A stretch of DNA of 64,000 nt from Microthyrium microscopicum (Eukaryota). Each line of letters begins with the position of its first letter. Position 1 is the stretch's first letter. Below the pieces are notes generated by a model. The model saw only the letters and a program-made list of their open reading frames with translations. It had not been told where the DNA came from and made no database searches. Shown here piece after piece: positions 48,909 to 62,349 of this stretch. A program made the position numbers and the translations under genes. Location: positions 496,001-560,000 of the forward strand of contig MU004241.1 of NCBI GenBank assembly GCA_010405405.1, read 5' to 3'.

Positions 48909-51900
48909 TCAAGCAAACACATCGCTTACTATCCTGTCATTCTTCCTGGCTTTCACCCAGTCATCAAGCTCTTCTTGCGTCATATCCTTTCCTGCTTCTT
49001 TTGCCGACTCTTCCACTAATATTCTTGCGGCTTTGCCTACTGTTTGGGCGACATTCTTGCTTCCACAAATGTAGACCTTGGCCCCATCTTTCCAAAGCTC
49101 GATGATATCCTTTTTATTTGACAACATACGATCTTGAACATATCTGCAGCCTTGACTGCGTTCTGGAGCTCTGCTAAATGCATATCGGATATCCACAGCT
49201 CCAATGCGAGACCATTCTGCAAATTCGTCGAGATACAGTCCGTCGCCCGTAGGTGTTCGACATCCCACAAACAATAGTGCTGGTGCCAACTTTCTTTGAC
49301 CTTCCTTGATCATGACAGCTCTTTCTTGGATGAAGCCACGGAATGGAGCCAGTCCTGAGCCGGCGCAGAACATGATCAATGGAGTTTGCTCTGGAGTGGA
49401 GGGCAGACGAAAAACCTTGTTTGTTGACCTTACCGACACTAGTAATTGGTCTCCAGGTTTCAAGGAGCGAAGATACGTGCCAGTAACACCTTGGAACTTC
49501 TTCCCAGTGTTGGAGAGCGCAAGGGCGTCGATGACAGTGTAAGTTAACGTACAACATGTTGGATCGACGAGTGGAGATGATGAAATGGAATAATGGCGCG
49601 GCCTGAGTGGTGAAAGCAGGCTCAAGTATTTTGAGAAATCGGTAGCAAGCGTCGGATTCTGCTCGAGAAATTCCAGTATTGACGTGCGACGATCAAGCAT
49701 CTCCTGGAGAGACTTCTCGTCACCGAGCACCAAATTCAGTTCCTCCTTTTCAGATGCGTTGGTAGCATCTTCTATCAAAGCTTCGATGACCTTTTTGAAG
49801 ACGGTGATTAGAAACTTTTCTATAACGACAACAAAGAGGCATACTTACTCGTCGAGTGACTGGATCAGATAATTCGACATATCCCTTAAGCAACTCAGAA
49901 ACTGGTAATGGAGAATCAGTCGGCAGAGTTGTTGTTCCAGAGTCCTTGATCGTGATGATAGCATCCCACGGCAAATTAAACCTTTGGATAACTCTTTTAA
50001 CAATCCCCTCAGGGTTCATCGGAAGAACGGCCAAATAATCACCAACTTGATAGGTCATACCAGTCGCAAGTTTGATCATCGTATGCCATTTCTCCGGTTG
50101 ACCTGCAGAGGTAAGTCGACGTGCTTCGACGACTTGGCCCCATTTGAGATTCTGCTGTAAGTGTGTATCTCTGCCCTGGTGAGAAATCTGTATATCGAGA
50201 GTGGGAACCTTCATCTTCTGTGGAATAGGATTGCTTTGCCTGGGTGATATAGACAGCAAAGCCGGCCACATTATCTTTTCAGTCCACGATGCAAAATCAC
50301 CGAACATGTCACCAGACGCTGCATCAGAAGACCCTCGCTCGCAAATTCGAGATGCTCCGAGTTTGAGCAGCGCTTCATCAATCAAAGTTGGGATCCTTTG
50401 ATAGGTGGCACTCCAATCATGATGACCACATCCGAAGACAGCGAAGTTGACACCATTAAAGATATCTGGATCCTTGAGATGTTCCATATATGCTACAAAA
50501 CGAGCTGCATTGTCCGGTGGCTGGCCCTCATACGACGCAGTGATGATGATGACAGGTTCGTCCGTGGGTAGATTGCCAGTCATGGCATCCAAATCTACAA
50601 CTGAGGACTGGTAGCCTTGTTGGCGTGCTTGCGATGCTACCTTTTGAGCTAGAGCTTGACAAGTTCCTGTGTTTGATCCAAAAGCTACCGTAATGCTAAG
50701 TTTATTGGTGCTTTCGTCGGATTGGTTCTCTTGAGGGATGGAAAGGCTTTTGTATATTGACGATGCGGCCGTTCCAACTACCAGTCTGGGAATTGTTAGC
50801 ATAGAATAATTGACACGATGTTTGCGTCAGATCAAGAACAAGGTAGCCAGCTCATCGACAAAATAAACAACGCACTCCCATCAACCACGGTGTCTCGCAT
50901 CGCACCTCATGGCAAGAAGATGCTTTGAATCCCAGCGCACTCGATGGGAGCGTGTCACTGATTTGTTAACTGGTTGATAGCCATGTTTTGACGTAAAGCG
51001 CTCGGCAAACATGAAAAGATTTTGAAAAAGTGACTTCCTTACCTTTCTTGAAGAGAATTCACAGTAACACCTTTCCTAAGAGTTGGACGAATGTAGAAGT
51101 CTTTTGGCTTGATCGTCAGTGTTTGGACTATTTTCATCTCGTAGCTGGGATCGTCCATCGCAACGTCGAAGTTCTGTAAGATCAGAGCAACGGCCAGGAC
51201 AGCTTCCTGAATTGCAAATGAACGGCCAATGCAACCTCGCAGGCCAGTGCCAAATGGCTAGTATACATCAGCAACATGATTCAATAATAAATTGGACTCG
51301 AGCTTACCTTCCAGGCATTTCTTGGAATTTTTTCCATGTGCTCGTCCAGCATTCGCTCTGGCTTGAATTCTTCCACATCCACTCCCCAGACTTCAGGATC
51401 TCGTTGTATCTTAGTTAATAGACACACTATTCCTGAGCCTTCCCGTGGTAGCTCGTATTTTCGATCTAGTCTTGGAGGATCTTCTTTGTTCTCTGGCCTC
51501 GGTCCTCTAGTGATAGCAGGAGCGGTCGGAGTGAGTCTCAACGTCTCCTTCAGCAACGCGTGCACGTATATCAGCTCACTGAGGTGTTTCGATGTGATCT
51601 TCTCCTTTCCGACTACCCGATCGACTTCTTGTCGAGCAGCGAACAGCGTTGAAGGATTTTTGAGCATATTTAGCAACGCGAAGGACAAGAGGCCGGAAGT
51701 AGTCTCGTGGCCTACAAAGAGTGTTAGCCTCACACATATCTCAGAATGCAAGTTTGTACGATACTGACCTGCGACCAGAAAAGTTATCATGTTTGCAGCC
51801 ACAAGCTCATCTCTCATCGTTTCTCCCGTTGTTGGATCTTTGCCATATATCATAGCATTAAGCAAGTCTTTTTTGTCTGTGGGATTATCTTTGCGATGCT

Positions 51901-52854
51901 TAACCAGCTGCTCTGATAAGTTTTTCTGATATTGGGCATCTTTTCTCAACTGCTCGTTTGTGGACGGCAACAGCTTTTTCAACATAGATGAAAGCTGTTG
52001 AGAATTGCTCCGGTTCAAAAGCAAGTTTGACATGGCGGTGACAAATGGGTGAGCCTGACCTTGCCCTTGATAGAAAGAGTTGAATCGAAAGTCCATTGCA
52101 CACAGCGCAATAGTGTCAAAAGTAAGGTTGCTCATTTCCTTGCTGACCAGGACTCGATTCGCACCGCTATCTTTCCGAGCCCATAGCATCACCATTTGAC
52201 TTGCTATGTCATACATCTCTGTCACGAAAGCTTAGTAGGGTACTGGATAAGTTCAAAGTGATGTAACCTACCATCGAACATCTCTTCAATAGCTAATGGA
52301 CCGAAAGCTGGCATCAGTATCTTATGAGCTTGAATCCAATCTGGGCTTTGTGAACTTCTCGCGCTGAACAGGCCCTCTGCTGGCGGAGTTGGTCCAGAAA
52401 CGAGTGCTGCTGGAGGTACTTTCCAGAACCGATTCTCGTCACACAGCTCATCAAAGAGTTTGAAGCTTGTGACAATGATTCTTTCCTTTCCACGCATGGT
52501 GATTTTATAAATCGGACCGTAAATGTCTGCAAGACGTTCTAAGGCATGTATCGGTACATCATCCTGGAGATCAAGAAGATTGCCTATCAAAGGTAGTGGC
52601 TGTGGCCTAGAATACGTTAGTCTAACCATACGACTAATGATGAAGTGCTTCCAGAAGACCGTCTGATTATTTCAGATCAACTTATACAACATCGTATCTT
52701 CCATCGTATTCGATGGCATCCATGGCGCTCGATCAGAAACGCCTTCTGTGGAAGTCATCGAATATGATGGGAGATACGATAATTTTGGGTTCATCAGATG
52801 TGGTCAAGACACGGAACTTAACACGGTCGGATCTCACCCAGGTATCATCGCCAT
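48909..52854 (-). CDS. Self-sufficient cytochrome P450 / NADPH-P450 reductase fusion (CYP505 family)
   Basis: MAMIPG|PQPLPLIGNL; AGHETT, ETLR, PER and heme motif PFGTGLRGCIG; FMN domain FGSNTGT, ASYEGQPPDNA; FAD/NADPH domain RHYSISSS, GSGLAPFRGF, YICGS, C-terminal DVFA. Confidence 0.95.
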
Positions 52855-53548
52855 CGTTGAATTATCGAAAACGAATCGATTTGGTGTTATAAATCCAAAG
52901 TAAGGGGTGAAGCAAAAGACTCGCGAAAGGTTGGTATGAAAGGTGTGAAATAAGGAGTGTACACAGATCCGTCTTATGGCTTTGCATAGTCATTTTCAAG
53001 GCGGATCAGGCATTACTCTACCCGTATGCAGTAACTCACTGCGATATACAAACACGAAGGACGCCCCGATGATGGCTCCGGCATGAGCCTACGGCTTGTA
53101 AGCGTGTAAGCGTGCTGTGTGGGTTACATGGATCTTCCATCCTAATCCTTCCTGTAAATGATAGTGGTGCATGCAAGAAAATATACTCAATTGCGGGTAA
53201 AGCATTTCTATAGCCTCATCCTACCTCTTAGCCAATTGAGGCTATCGACACGAAACGGATGAGGTACCCGGGCATTATTTAATGGCAGTTCGTCATAGGA
53301 GGCTTTGGAAGATGAGAGAGCTCTCGGGGAAACCGATGCAATAACAATCGCAAAATGCATAGCCTACATCAATTGATAGAAAAGAGAAGAATGGCACATG
53401 TACAAAAATAAATGAAGATGAGAGACAAAGGGTCAGTAACCCCTGCGTGCAAAACATCATCATCACCTGCAGCTCGCTCGGATCTCCCCAATTGGAACGA
53501 ACACCACTCAGCCTCCTTCAACTTCGAGGTTAATTGCCCCTTTTTGAT

Positions 53549-55621
53549 ATGCAGTCTGTCAACGGCCAACGCAGTAAAGGGTGTGCCAAGTGTAGATCTC
53601 GGAAAATTAAGGTACGTAACCGTTGACGGCACCGATGCCATCAACCTCAGTGAATCTGAAGTGTCACAGTCTACGAGATTGATGACAGTCGTTCTGTGTT
53701 GATATGACACTAATGGCTGCTGCAAGTCGAATCCATTTCCAAGACTAACTTCTCAACTACAGTGTGACCTTGTTAGACCGGTTTGCTCAAGATGCACGAA
53801 AATTGGCAACCAGGATTGCGTTTATCAGGATCAATTCGAGATTATACTTCGCGATGAGACATCCCGTGCGGGGGAACGAGCTCGCACGAAATGGAGAAGT
53901 AGAGCAAAACAACCCAATCCGACAGAGCCATCATTGTCTCCTGAGATGGATATTCCCGAAGAGAAAATTAGTGAACGATTTCTTTATGACTGGGTACTAG
54001 TAAAGACAGGCCCAACTGCCACTTATGGCCATTTCTTTCTGGATTATCTTCCCGATATGCTGGAAAGGTCACCCAAGAACTCAATTCTTCGAACAGCAAT
54101 TGATGCTTTGAGTTATGTCAATTACGCACAAAGGTGTAATGCCCCGGAGCTGCTGCCATATTCGTTCGAGAAATGCACGAGAGCATTGAAGATGTTGAAA
54201 GCAATGATGGAGAAACCAGACGAAGCATGTTCGGATGAGACTTTGACCGCTATCACCCTCCTGGGACTGTATGAGGTAGCCTGAACTCTTCGGTTCTTAA
54301 GAATGTGTTGCTGACGCAATTTACCTAGGCCATGTCATCAGCCAATATCACTGCAAACTCTAGCTGGGCTGCTCATGTCAACGGCTCGATGATACTACTT
54401 CATCTCCGAGTGCTTAGAGAGTCTCAACCTGCGATATGGCAATCACTTTCAGCTATGATATACAAACAGATGGTGAGTAACCTAGGAATCATTATGCTCA
54501 AGCTAATAAGGACAGATCATACATAGTATCACTCGAGGGGCTCCACCAGGTCTACCACTATCTATGCACACTCTATTCACCAGTGGCCGGGCCATTATCA
54601 TTGAACAATGGGAATTGCTCCATAAGACAGCGGAACTCTGCGGTTCTTGGAATACTCTTCTAGGCACCACGCCAGACAAAGGTAAGCACCTCAAGTTGGA
54701 GTTGCTTCATCTTGAATGCTCAGGAACTTCACACGGTGCATTCAGCCTAATAGATGAGCTAACCCCATGTGATAGGCCAGATATGGGAACACATCAAGCA
54801 AGGCATGGCTCTTGATCAAGGGCTCGAGCAATGGGCTACCAGATTAACCCCAGAATGGAACATCACACGACTGCCTCTTGATCGAAATTCGATACCATCC
54901 TGGCTATGGCCACTATTCGAAGAGGGGCATTGGGCTCCTAAATTCCTGCAACAAAATCAGAGCCTTATACAAGAAACTAAATGGCGAGACTGGCTAATGG
55001 CAAGACTCGTACTCAACGAAGCAGTTCTGCAATCTATCGATCTCCTGAAAGAGTCAACAGACATCAATAGCTCAGAAGCCTGGAGTTTTGAATTGGAACA
55101 AATAAACAGGAATGCGGTGGAGAACAGACTTATTTCTGTGATTGACAGCACTCTTGAGTCGTGGTAAGTCATTTATATTCTCTGAGCCTTTATAACTTTA
55201 TCCAAAGGTCGAACTCGCGGTTTAATTTCTGGGCTAATAATGTTCTAGTATATGGACTCTTATCAGGCAAATGAGTGACAGACCAGAAGCTTCGACGATA
55301 GAACAAGTGTGTACAGTGAGAGGATTTATGACCATGAGTGGTTTCTCAGGTTCGTTCCTCTGCCTCAAACAAGTGTCTTTTGAAAGAACAGACGTCACTG
55401 GCAGGACAGAATGGTGCCTCAAGGCTCTCCAATTTCTTGAGAATTATTTAGGATTTCGCAAGGCTGGGGCATTCGCTCTCGCGGAGGAGGTTCTCCATAC
55501 AAAATCTGCTGTTCAATTTTGGGCATTGGTACATAAAGACCCGTCTTGGAGCAGTGATGATTTGATACATCACCAATCTGAAAACGAGGTCAACTTGGAA
55601 GGCTTGAAGTTAAATTCATAG
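53549..55621 (+). CDS. Zn(II)2Cys6 transcription factor
   Basis: MQSVNGQRSKGCAKCRSRKIK|CDLVRPVCSRCTKIGNQDCVY across intron 53612-53762; later SDETLTAITLLGLYE and WAAHVNG. Confidence 0.85.
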
Positions 55622-56828
55622 GCTGTTGCGAACTGTTTAGAATCAATCATGCTAGATGCGACTTTTGCTCTCGGTGCTCGTCCCTTGAAATCCAATAGTA
55701 GTGTTTTTAATGGGTCGATAATATAAACAAAAACAGTCCCATCAAGTGCGATATCTGCCTCGCAGCTTATACAGAGAATGCTCTCCAATACTCATCTTAT
55801 TCGATATTCTACAACCTTCTCTAAGCCGATAATGATATGGCGTAATCAATAATAGATGCTAGTGCACAGGAAGCAACAAAACTTCTGGTAGCATGCCACC
55901 TATTTTGTTCTTCACTTGGTCGTTAGGAAGATATCAATTAGAGCCAATTACAAGACTACTTCACATCAACACATTCTGGAGCGCGATTGGTCTCGTGGTC
56001 TCATTATATCGAGTCCGATATAAGATCAATCAGCTCGGCGTTGTTACCTCATATTGCCTAGCGCGAGGTATCTTTGAGCGACCAGTTATCTCTCCTCAAA
56101 GTCAAGCCGCACTGATCTACACCAGGAATAATGCTGTCATCAGGTAGGTTCTGGGATTTTAACATCCTTCGCTTCGAGAGCCACAAATGATCAAAAACAA
56201 GGAGTATCTTGTCCTTTACCTAGTGCCGTCTATCATTCAACTTTAGGTTTCACACTTGAGGCCTATGCAAGATGACACGGTAGAGCTCAATCATGGACTT
56301 TCCAGTCCAACTGTCTCATTGGAGGCTCTTCAATTAAGAGAGTTCCGTAGACCCCGAGAAAGCATTTAAGGCTGACAGGGTAAAGCATCAAGCTTCACCA
56401 GCAGCCGCTGAATCATTCTAACAACCCATTAGTGTCAAAGCCATGAGCTTATTTCTGCCAGTACCTTGCGTGCTGTAGGTTCCTGATCCGACTGCGCCTG
56501 TTCAATCAGTCAGATTTACCGGATGCTCCATGTCAACCTGCAGACATGGCAGTGAACAATACCCCAAATGGACGTTAGGCTAGAGCTCGCCGACAACACC
56601 ACAATTGGAAGTCGAGATACTGTACTCAGTCACAGAGAAATTGTAGACAACATTTGCGATGAACTTTTTATAAATATCATTCTTCCATTCACTGCTCTGC
56701 TTATTTTAATCATCAGCAAGAAAACATTCTACAACTCCAATACTGATAATTTACACAACTACATCTTCTTTCTCATATTCATCTTGCGTTGAAAACTCCT
56801 GTTCACGTACATTCTGCACTGTCACGCA

Positions 56829-58256
56829 ATGAGTTTACATCGCATCCTAGGAGATTCTTCTTCGAACTCTTCCTCCTCTGTCTGTATTCCCGAGCCGCAA
56901 TCAGACTGTAAGTTTTCTCGAATTTCACTTCAATTGACCTGTGGACTAACAAATAACCTTAGTCACCGCTGTCGCGATCGCTGGAACATGGACCCTTCAC
57001 CATATTTTCACCGCGATATCGATAATAATAGCAGTCATTACAATAATTGTTTCATTCGGCACTGGCTTTTTACATTGCATCAACTTTTCAAACCCGGCCG
57101 AACAGAGACAGTGAGCAAAATCCTTCTGCTAATACAATCAGCGGATCAACAAAATGAGAAGGCACTCTCCCATCTAGGGCGATGTCTACCACCGCTTCAT
57201 ATCATATACTTATTTCTCCATCTCAGTCGATGATATAAGCGACAATCAGCACACTCAATGGGAAATCAGATATTCTACCAGGAAGCGTAGTATGTGGTAG
57301 ACATGGTACTAGATGGGAGCGCGCCGTTGATTCTGTCGACCCATTGGCACAATGCCACTCAAGTTATCAAACCATGGACTAACAAATGATCTAGAATTGT
57401 ACGAATTGTCAACGTACCTGCAATCTTCGCCATTTGCGCCGCCCTTAGTATCTCCGTGAACCACTATCAAGACTCCTTCTACTTCACCCCCCTCGGCGAC
57501 TTCTACGAATGTTTCGGTCTAGTCGCAATCTGGTACTACATGCTCGCCGTCCTCTCACGGCACGGAAGCCTTGAAATCCCTGGCGGAGACAGAGCTGCCT
57601 TCTCTGTACGTTCAAACCTCACCAAACACATCGAAACAGTCACTGACCAAAATTTCCAGAAACGCTGGTTCCTAGTCCTCCAAATCATCCCCGAACGCAT
57701 AATCACCACAATAGCAAGCTGGATCATCGCCGGAACATTTTGCCGCACCGACAAGAAATTCACCACCGCCTTCACCGTCATAAACGTAATCAACGGCATC
57801 TCCACCGCTGTGTGCGCTATATCGATCCTACGAGTCTACAAGCAGACAAAAGCTCAACTAACAGGCAACAAATTTGTCAGCAAACTCGTAGTTCTCAAGA
57901 CGGCAGTTATACTCCAATTCATCCAACGAATCGTCTTCTCAATCCTCATCAAAACCAATGCTTTAAAGGCCACCAGCACCATGTCTGCGGCAGACGCGAA
58001 GATTGGTATTCCAAATATCTTGATTTCAGGAGAGATGTTCATCTACTGCTTCCTGTTTATCGGGCCTTATAGTTGGACACCGTACACACGCAAGAACGCA
58101 CCGAGTGGTGTTCCATACAAGAAGATGAGCTTTGCACGGGCCGTGCTTACAGCGTGGAATCTTTCTGATATTGTGCTTGGCATATTCGACGTCTTCAAGG
58201 GACGAGTTGGAAAGGGTGAAAATCAGCAGCAGGTAAGATTCCCTTATTCCAAATGA
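56829..58256 (+). CDS. Organic solute transporter OSTalpha (TMEM184/DUF300) family protein
   Basis: HCINFSNPAEQRQ|IVRIVNVPAIFA, DFYECFGL, SKLVVLKTAVILQFIQ and LISGEM...PYSWTPY; 7TM-like hydropathy; three introns. Confidence 0.85.
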
Positions 58257-58817
58257 TATTGCTCGAACACATCCGATCTACCTGGAAGCATCATATCTGC
58301 CATCGAATGCGGTCGGTGTTTCAAGTGTCCACGACGAAATGACCGAATGGTCTTCCCAAGGCTTGTTAAATTCGATCGTAATCTTATACTAACAAACTCT
58401 AGGAGTTCCATCCTGTTGCTCAACAAGCTCCGGCTATGGATCAAAACACGGCGTATCAAGGTTATGCTCAGACATACACACGGGTTGATTCGTTCGGGAG
58501 ACGGTACTGATTGATGACCCATGCGTTGTCCAGAAATCTGGAAAAATTCGATGGTGGTTGGGAGCTTGGTTGTCCAGTCCGGGTATTCGAGGATTTTATT
58601 TTCAGCTGGCTTGTTTTTCTAGAGTTTCGTTTTCTTCTTCGCTTTAGCGGTACTTTACCTCCTTTTGTTTAAATATAGAACTTTCCTTTCACTGCCCGAT
58701 GTCCAGTAAGCCGGGCTAATCTATAAAAAGTTTCATACATCTATATGATTTGCGCTGATTGCGCGAACACTAATTCCTACATTTATCAAAACAGCATCTT
58801 AGCGCTATGCAAACAGA

Positions 58818-60121
58818 TCACTTCTCTTTCTTCTCTGCCTCCCCCTTCTTTCTCTCCTTCTGCAACTTCTCTCTTCTTCCCATCCCAGCCTCACCACCAA
58901 TACCACCAAAGACGAGTCCAACACCCAGCCACTGCATTGGCGTAATCTTGTGTCCAAAGTACACCACGCTTAGCACCATCGTCAGCATCTTGCGCGTCAC
59001 ATTCACAGTAACCAACACCAGTGACGAAAACGTTGCTAGCGTGTGAAACACGAACACTTGCCCAAACGCACCACATGCGCTGAACGCCAACACATCGTAG
59101 CCGACTTGTGGATGTCGGCCGATGAATGCCAGCGCTTCACGTAGTTCGTCGCCAATAGGCAGCGAGAGGTATTGGCCGATGGCGGTGGGTGCTAGGAAGG
59201 GCACGAGGAGTAGATATGAGGAAGTCAAGGCGGTTGCGAGGATGTTTTGAGCGCACATCATTTGCGGTCCTGAGTAGGGTTTGAAGGTTGTGAAAATATA
59301 ATCCTGCGTGGTATTGAAGAGGCCATCAAAGAGCAAGTTGATGCCAAGCAAGAAGAGACCCCAGGAGGCATTGGTGCCAGCCTTGCTCTTGTGTTTTGCA
59401 GCCTTGGAAGCGGCGGATGGGTGGTGGATTGTGAAGATTGCAACGCCGAGGGTTACAAGCGCTACGACGAGATATTTGTAGAGGGGGTAGCGTTTGCGGA
59501 AGATGGTGAGGTGGAGGAACATGACGGGGAGGAGTTTGCATGATTTGGCGAGAAGGAAGGTTATATAGTCGATGTAGTTTAGGGCGGCGTAGCCGAATGG
59601 AGAGGCGAGGGAGCTTGTTATCGAGACGAGGAGGAGTGGAGGGAGGATTTTGGCGGTTGGAAATATAGGTGCTGGTCTGCCTGGTTTATGTGGATGTGAT
59701 GTCGCTGCGTACAGGTATACGAGACCGCTCAGAGCCGCGAATATGGAGTATACGGTGTTGAGGAAGATTGGATACTTGAACTTCTCCGACTTCCATGCTG
59801 GGCCGTATGTTGTGGTTGTAATGCGCTCTTGAAGGATACCCCAGGTCAAGCTTGAAAAGACGAAAGGTCAGTGTACGTATGGGGCGCTCAACTTTGGGGA
59901 ACAAACAAAGAAGCATATATTCCTCCCACGCAAATCAACAGGCTTCCGACACCAGGTTGACTTTCAGCATTTGGTGTCGCAATAACTTGTATAGAAGCCT
60001 TTTCTGATTTGGAGGACGCCTCGTCGATTAAGATCCCATCGACTGCTTGATGAAGACTTCCATTAGCCATGACAGTCTCAGAAGGTTCACGGCGCACCGC
60101 TGGCTTCTTTTCTCTGGCCAT
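58818..60121 (-). CDS. HUT1: UDP-galactose transporter homolog (SLC35B1)
   Basis: CVGGIYAS|FLTWGILQERI, SPFGYAALNYIDY, LAKSCKLLPVM, LFDGLFNTTQD, VNVTRKMLT and C-terminal KKEK ER-retrieval motif. Confidence 0.93.
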
Positions 60122-62349
60122 GGTGCATGTATCTTGAGTTTGTGTACCGGGTTCGGGCAACGAGTTTGAGTAATGAAGGCGTGGGCGCGTTGGTAGTTGA
60201 CGGCGGATTGTTGCAGTGAGGGCTTAGAAAAAGTCCCAATTGTAATGACAGGATTTTAATGATAGAAGTACCACAGTGTTTGAGAAGACAGAATGAAGGA
60301 AATGTTTGGATGTGTTATGTTCTGGCGCATTCAATTTGTTGAAGTTGACAACGTAGCCAGAACTGTATTGATAAGTACTAGGCCGCTTCGAGTCTAGCGT
60401 ATATTGCTCAAATAATTCATGGGTCGATCTACCACGACGCCTAATAAAGAGCATATTCTTTGATTTCCATCATATTTGATTATTTTCTAAGAATTTTTGC
60501 GTACTCGCTGGAAAATAACGTACCTAGGCATGACCGAATGTAGGACAGGAGCCAACGAAGCTGATGGGAGCGCGCCATCGATCAAGTCGACCCGTCCACA
60601 ATAGTTCATCAGCTCTATATTTGGAAATTTGTTCCATGAACTTGTTGTTACAGAACCTGGCTGTTTGAGTACTTCAGCCTTTGCATGCTAATTCAACGAA
60701 AGAATACAACTTTCCGACTGTAGTAATGTAAGCCTGGGCCTTGGCTCCCAGAACCAGCAGATGTACTTGGCGCCTCCGCCTCACTCGGTTTACTATATGG
60801 TAAGAACAAGGCATTTGAAAACCTTAGTTTAGTCTTTGAAGCACTAAATAATATATACAGATGTGAAAAGTCCAGAGGAAGAGAACCACTGGTCATTTTG
60901 CGTCGCAACAGCGAGTTGCATTGATTTTTTGAATACTGGATAAGCCTGGGAGAAATGTCACGATAGGACAATATGTGCCGTGTGTGTCAAAGAAGAGTTA
61001 GAATTGAAAATGGGTGTGATTGGCTCTTGATCAAATTCAACGGCGGCAATGACGGGCAGTGGGCCCAATAAAAGGTCGTAGTCAGGTTCGCGCCTGCCAA
61101 GCCAAGACCGCGACCACGTGGAATTGAAGTTTAGACCTGCACTGTCAGAATTAGCTCCTTGTTGAGTGCAAGTGCAACACCATCATCACTCATTGTAGAA
61201 TCTCGCGATAGATTGCTCCTGCATTTGCACCGTAGTAGTTCTACAACATGTTCGCCACCAATAAAGTGTTCTACAGACCTTGTTTTCGTGAGGTTGGAAA
61301 AGAGTTCAAAGGGCTCCATTGATGACGTCTAAAGGCTTTAGCGAGCCAATTAAACCGCCCGAAAGTAACAGGCAGGAAAACAAGTTGGCTGTCATGCATA
61401 ACATCCCAGTCCCCGCAAAACTAATAAAACCACGGCCTTGCCTCTTCGCGTGGTCAAAAAAACCTCGTGGACAGCTCGCCTCTTTGACAGCTGTCCTGCG
61501 ACCTCAACTCCCTTCGACTGCGCGCTGCGCACGTCGTAGTCGGGGAGTCTGGATACTCTAGGCTCCTTGGCTCTCGGTCGCAGCTCGACGATGTTACTTA
61601 CTACGTCGGACGTTCTAGGTCCGCGTGGCTAGGTTCTGTCGCGCGTACAGAAATGAGTCTTCAGTCGTCGGGTAGTTTTCTTTGAATACAAGATCTACTG
61701 GCGCCTGTCTACTCCCGCTGCCTCTTGCTGGCGCTTCCGGTTTCCGGAAGTTCAACTCCACGCAAGCTCAAAATAGAGCCTGCCCGTGATTGATGAGTGG
61801 TTGGTAGCAGACACGCTTGGGTAACGACCATGGTGTTGAGAGCTGTTTCAGGAGCTTTACGCCCGCTCCAGTCACAATGCTCTCAGCTCTGTGAGCCGCC
61901 TTGACTGGTCCTACCGCTTTGTCTGGTATGTCTAGTTTTCTTTAATGTTCCTAATTTTGTCTTTCACCTATTTCTTTTACTGCCAACAATGACCATTGTC
62001 TGTGGCTCTCGCTGTGGCTCAGGCGCTTTGTTCCGCCTGATCGTTGGCATATCATTTTCGTTTGTTGATACATCAATCAACTCCCTCTCCCACCACTTTT
62101 TTGCTCCCACATCAATACCATGGATGCTATTCAGGATCAATAGCCTTCCTTTATTTCCTTTTTTGCGCTTGTAAATCTTCACTTTTACATTCTTACCACT
62201 TGCTGGTCAAGTTATTTGTGCCTTTATCACTTCATAATATTCCTCTCCTCCTTATATTTCTGTTCCTTTATGCTGCCGGCAAGCACAAATCATAATACTA
62301 ATTCTCACCACCTATAGCCCTTTCGTGTCTGTTCCCACTTTCTCCAGGC

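Noticed and set aside
60600..61800. Short minus-strand ORFs between HUT1 and PRM1
   Set aside because: No consistent exon chain or motif; cannot be told apart from intergenic or UTR sequence by eye.
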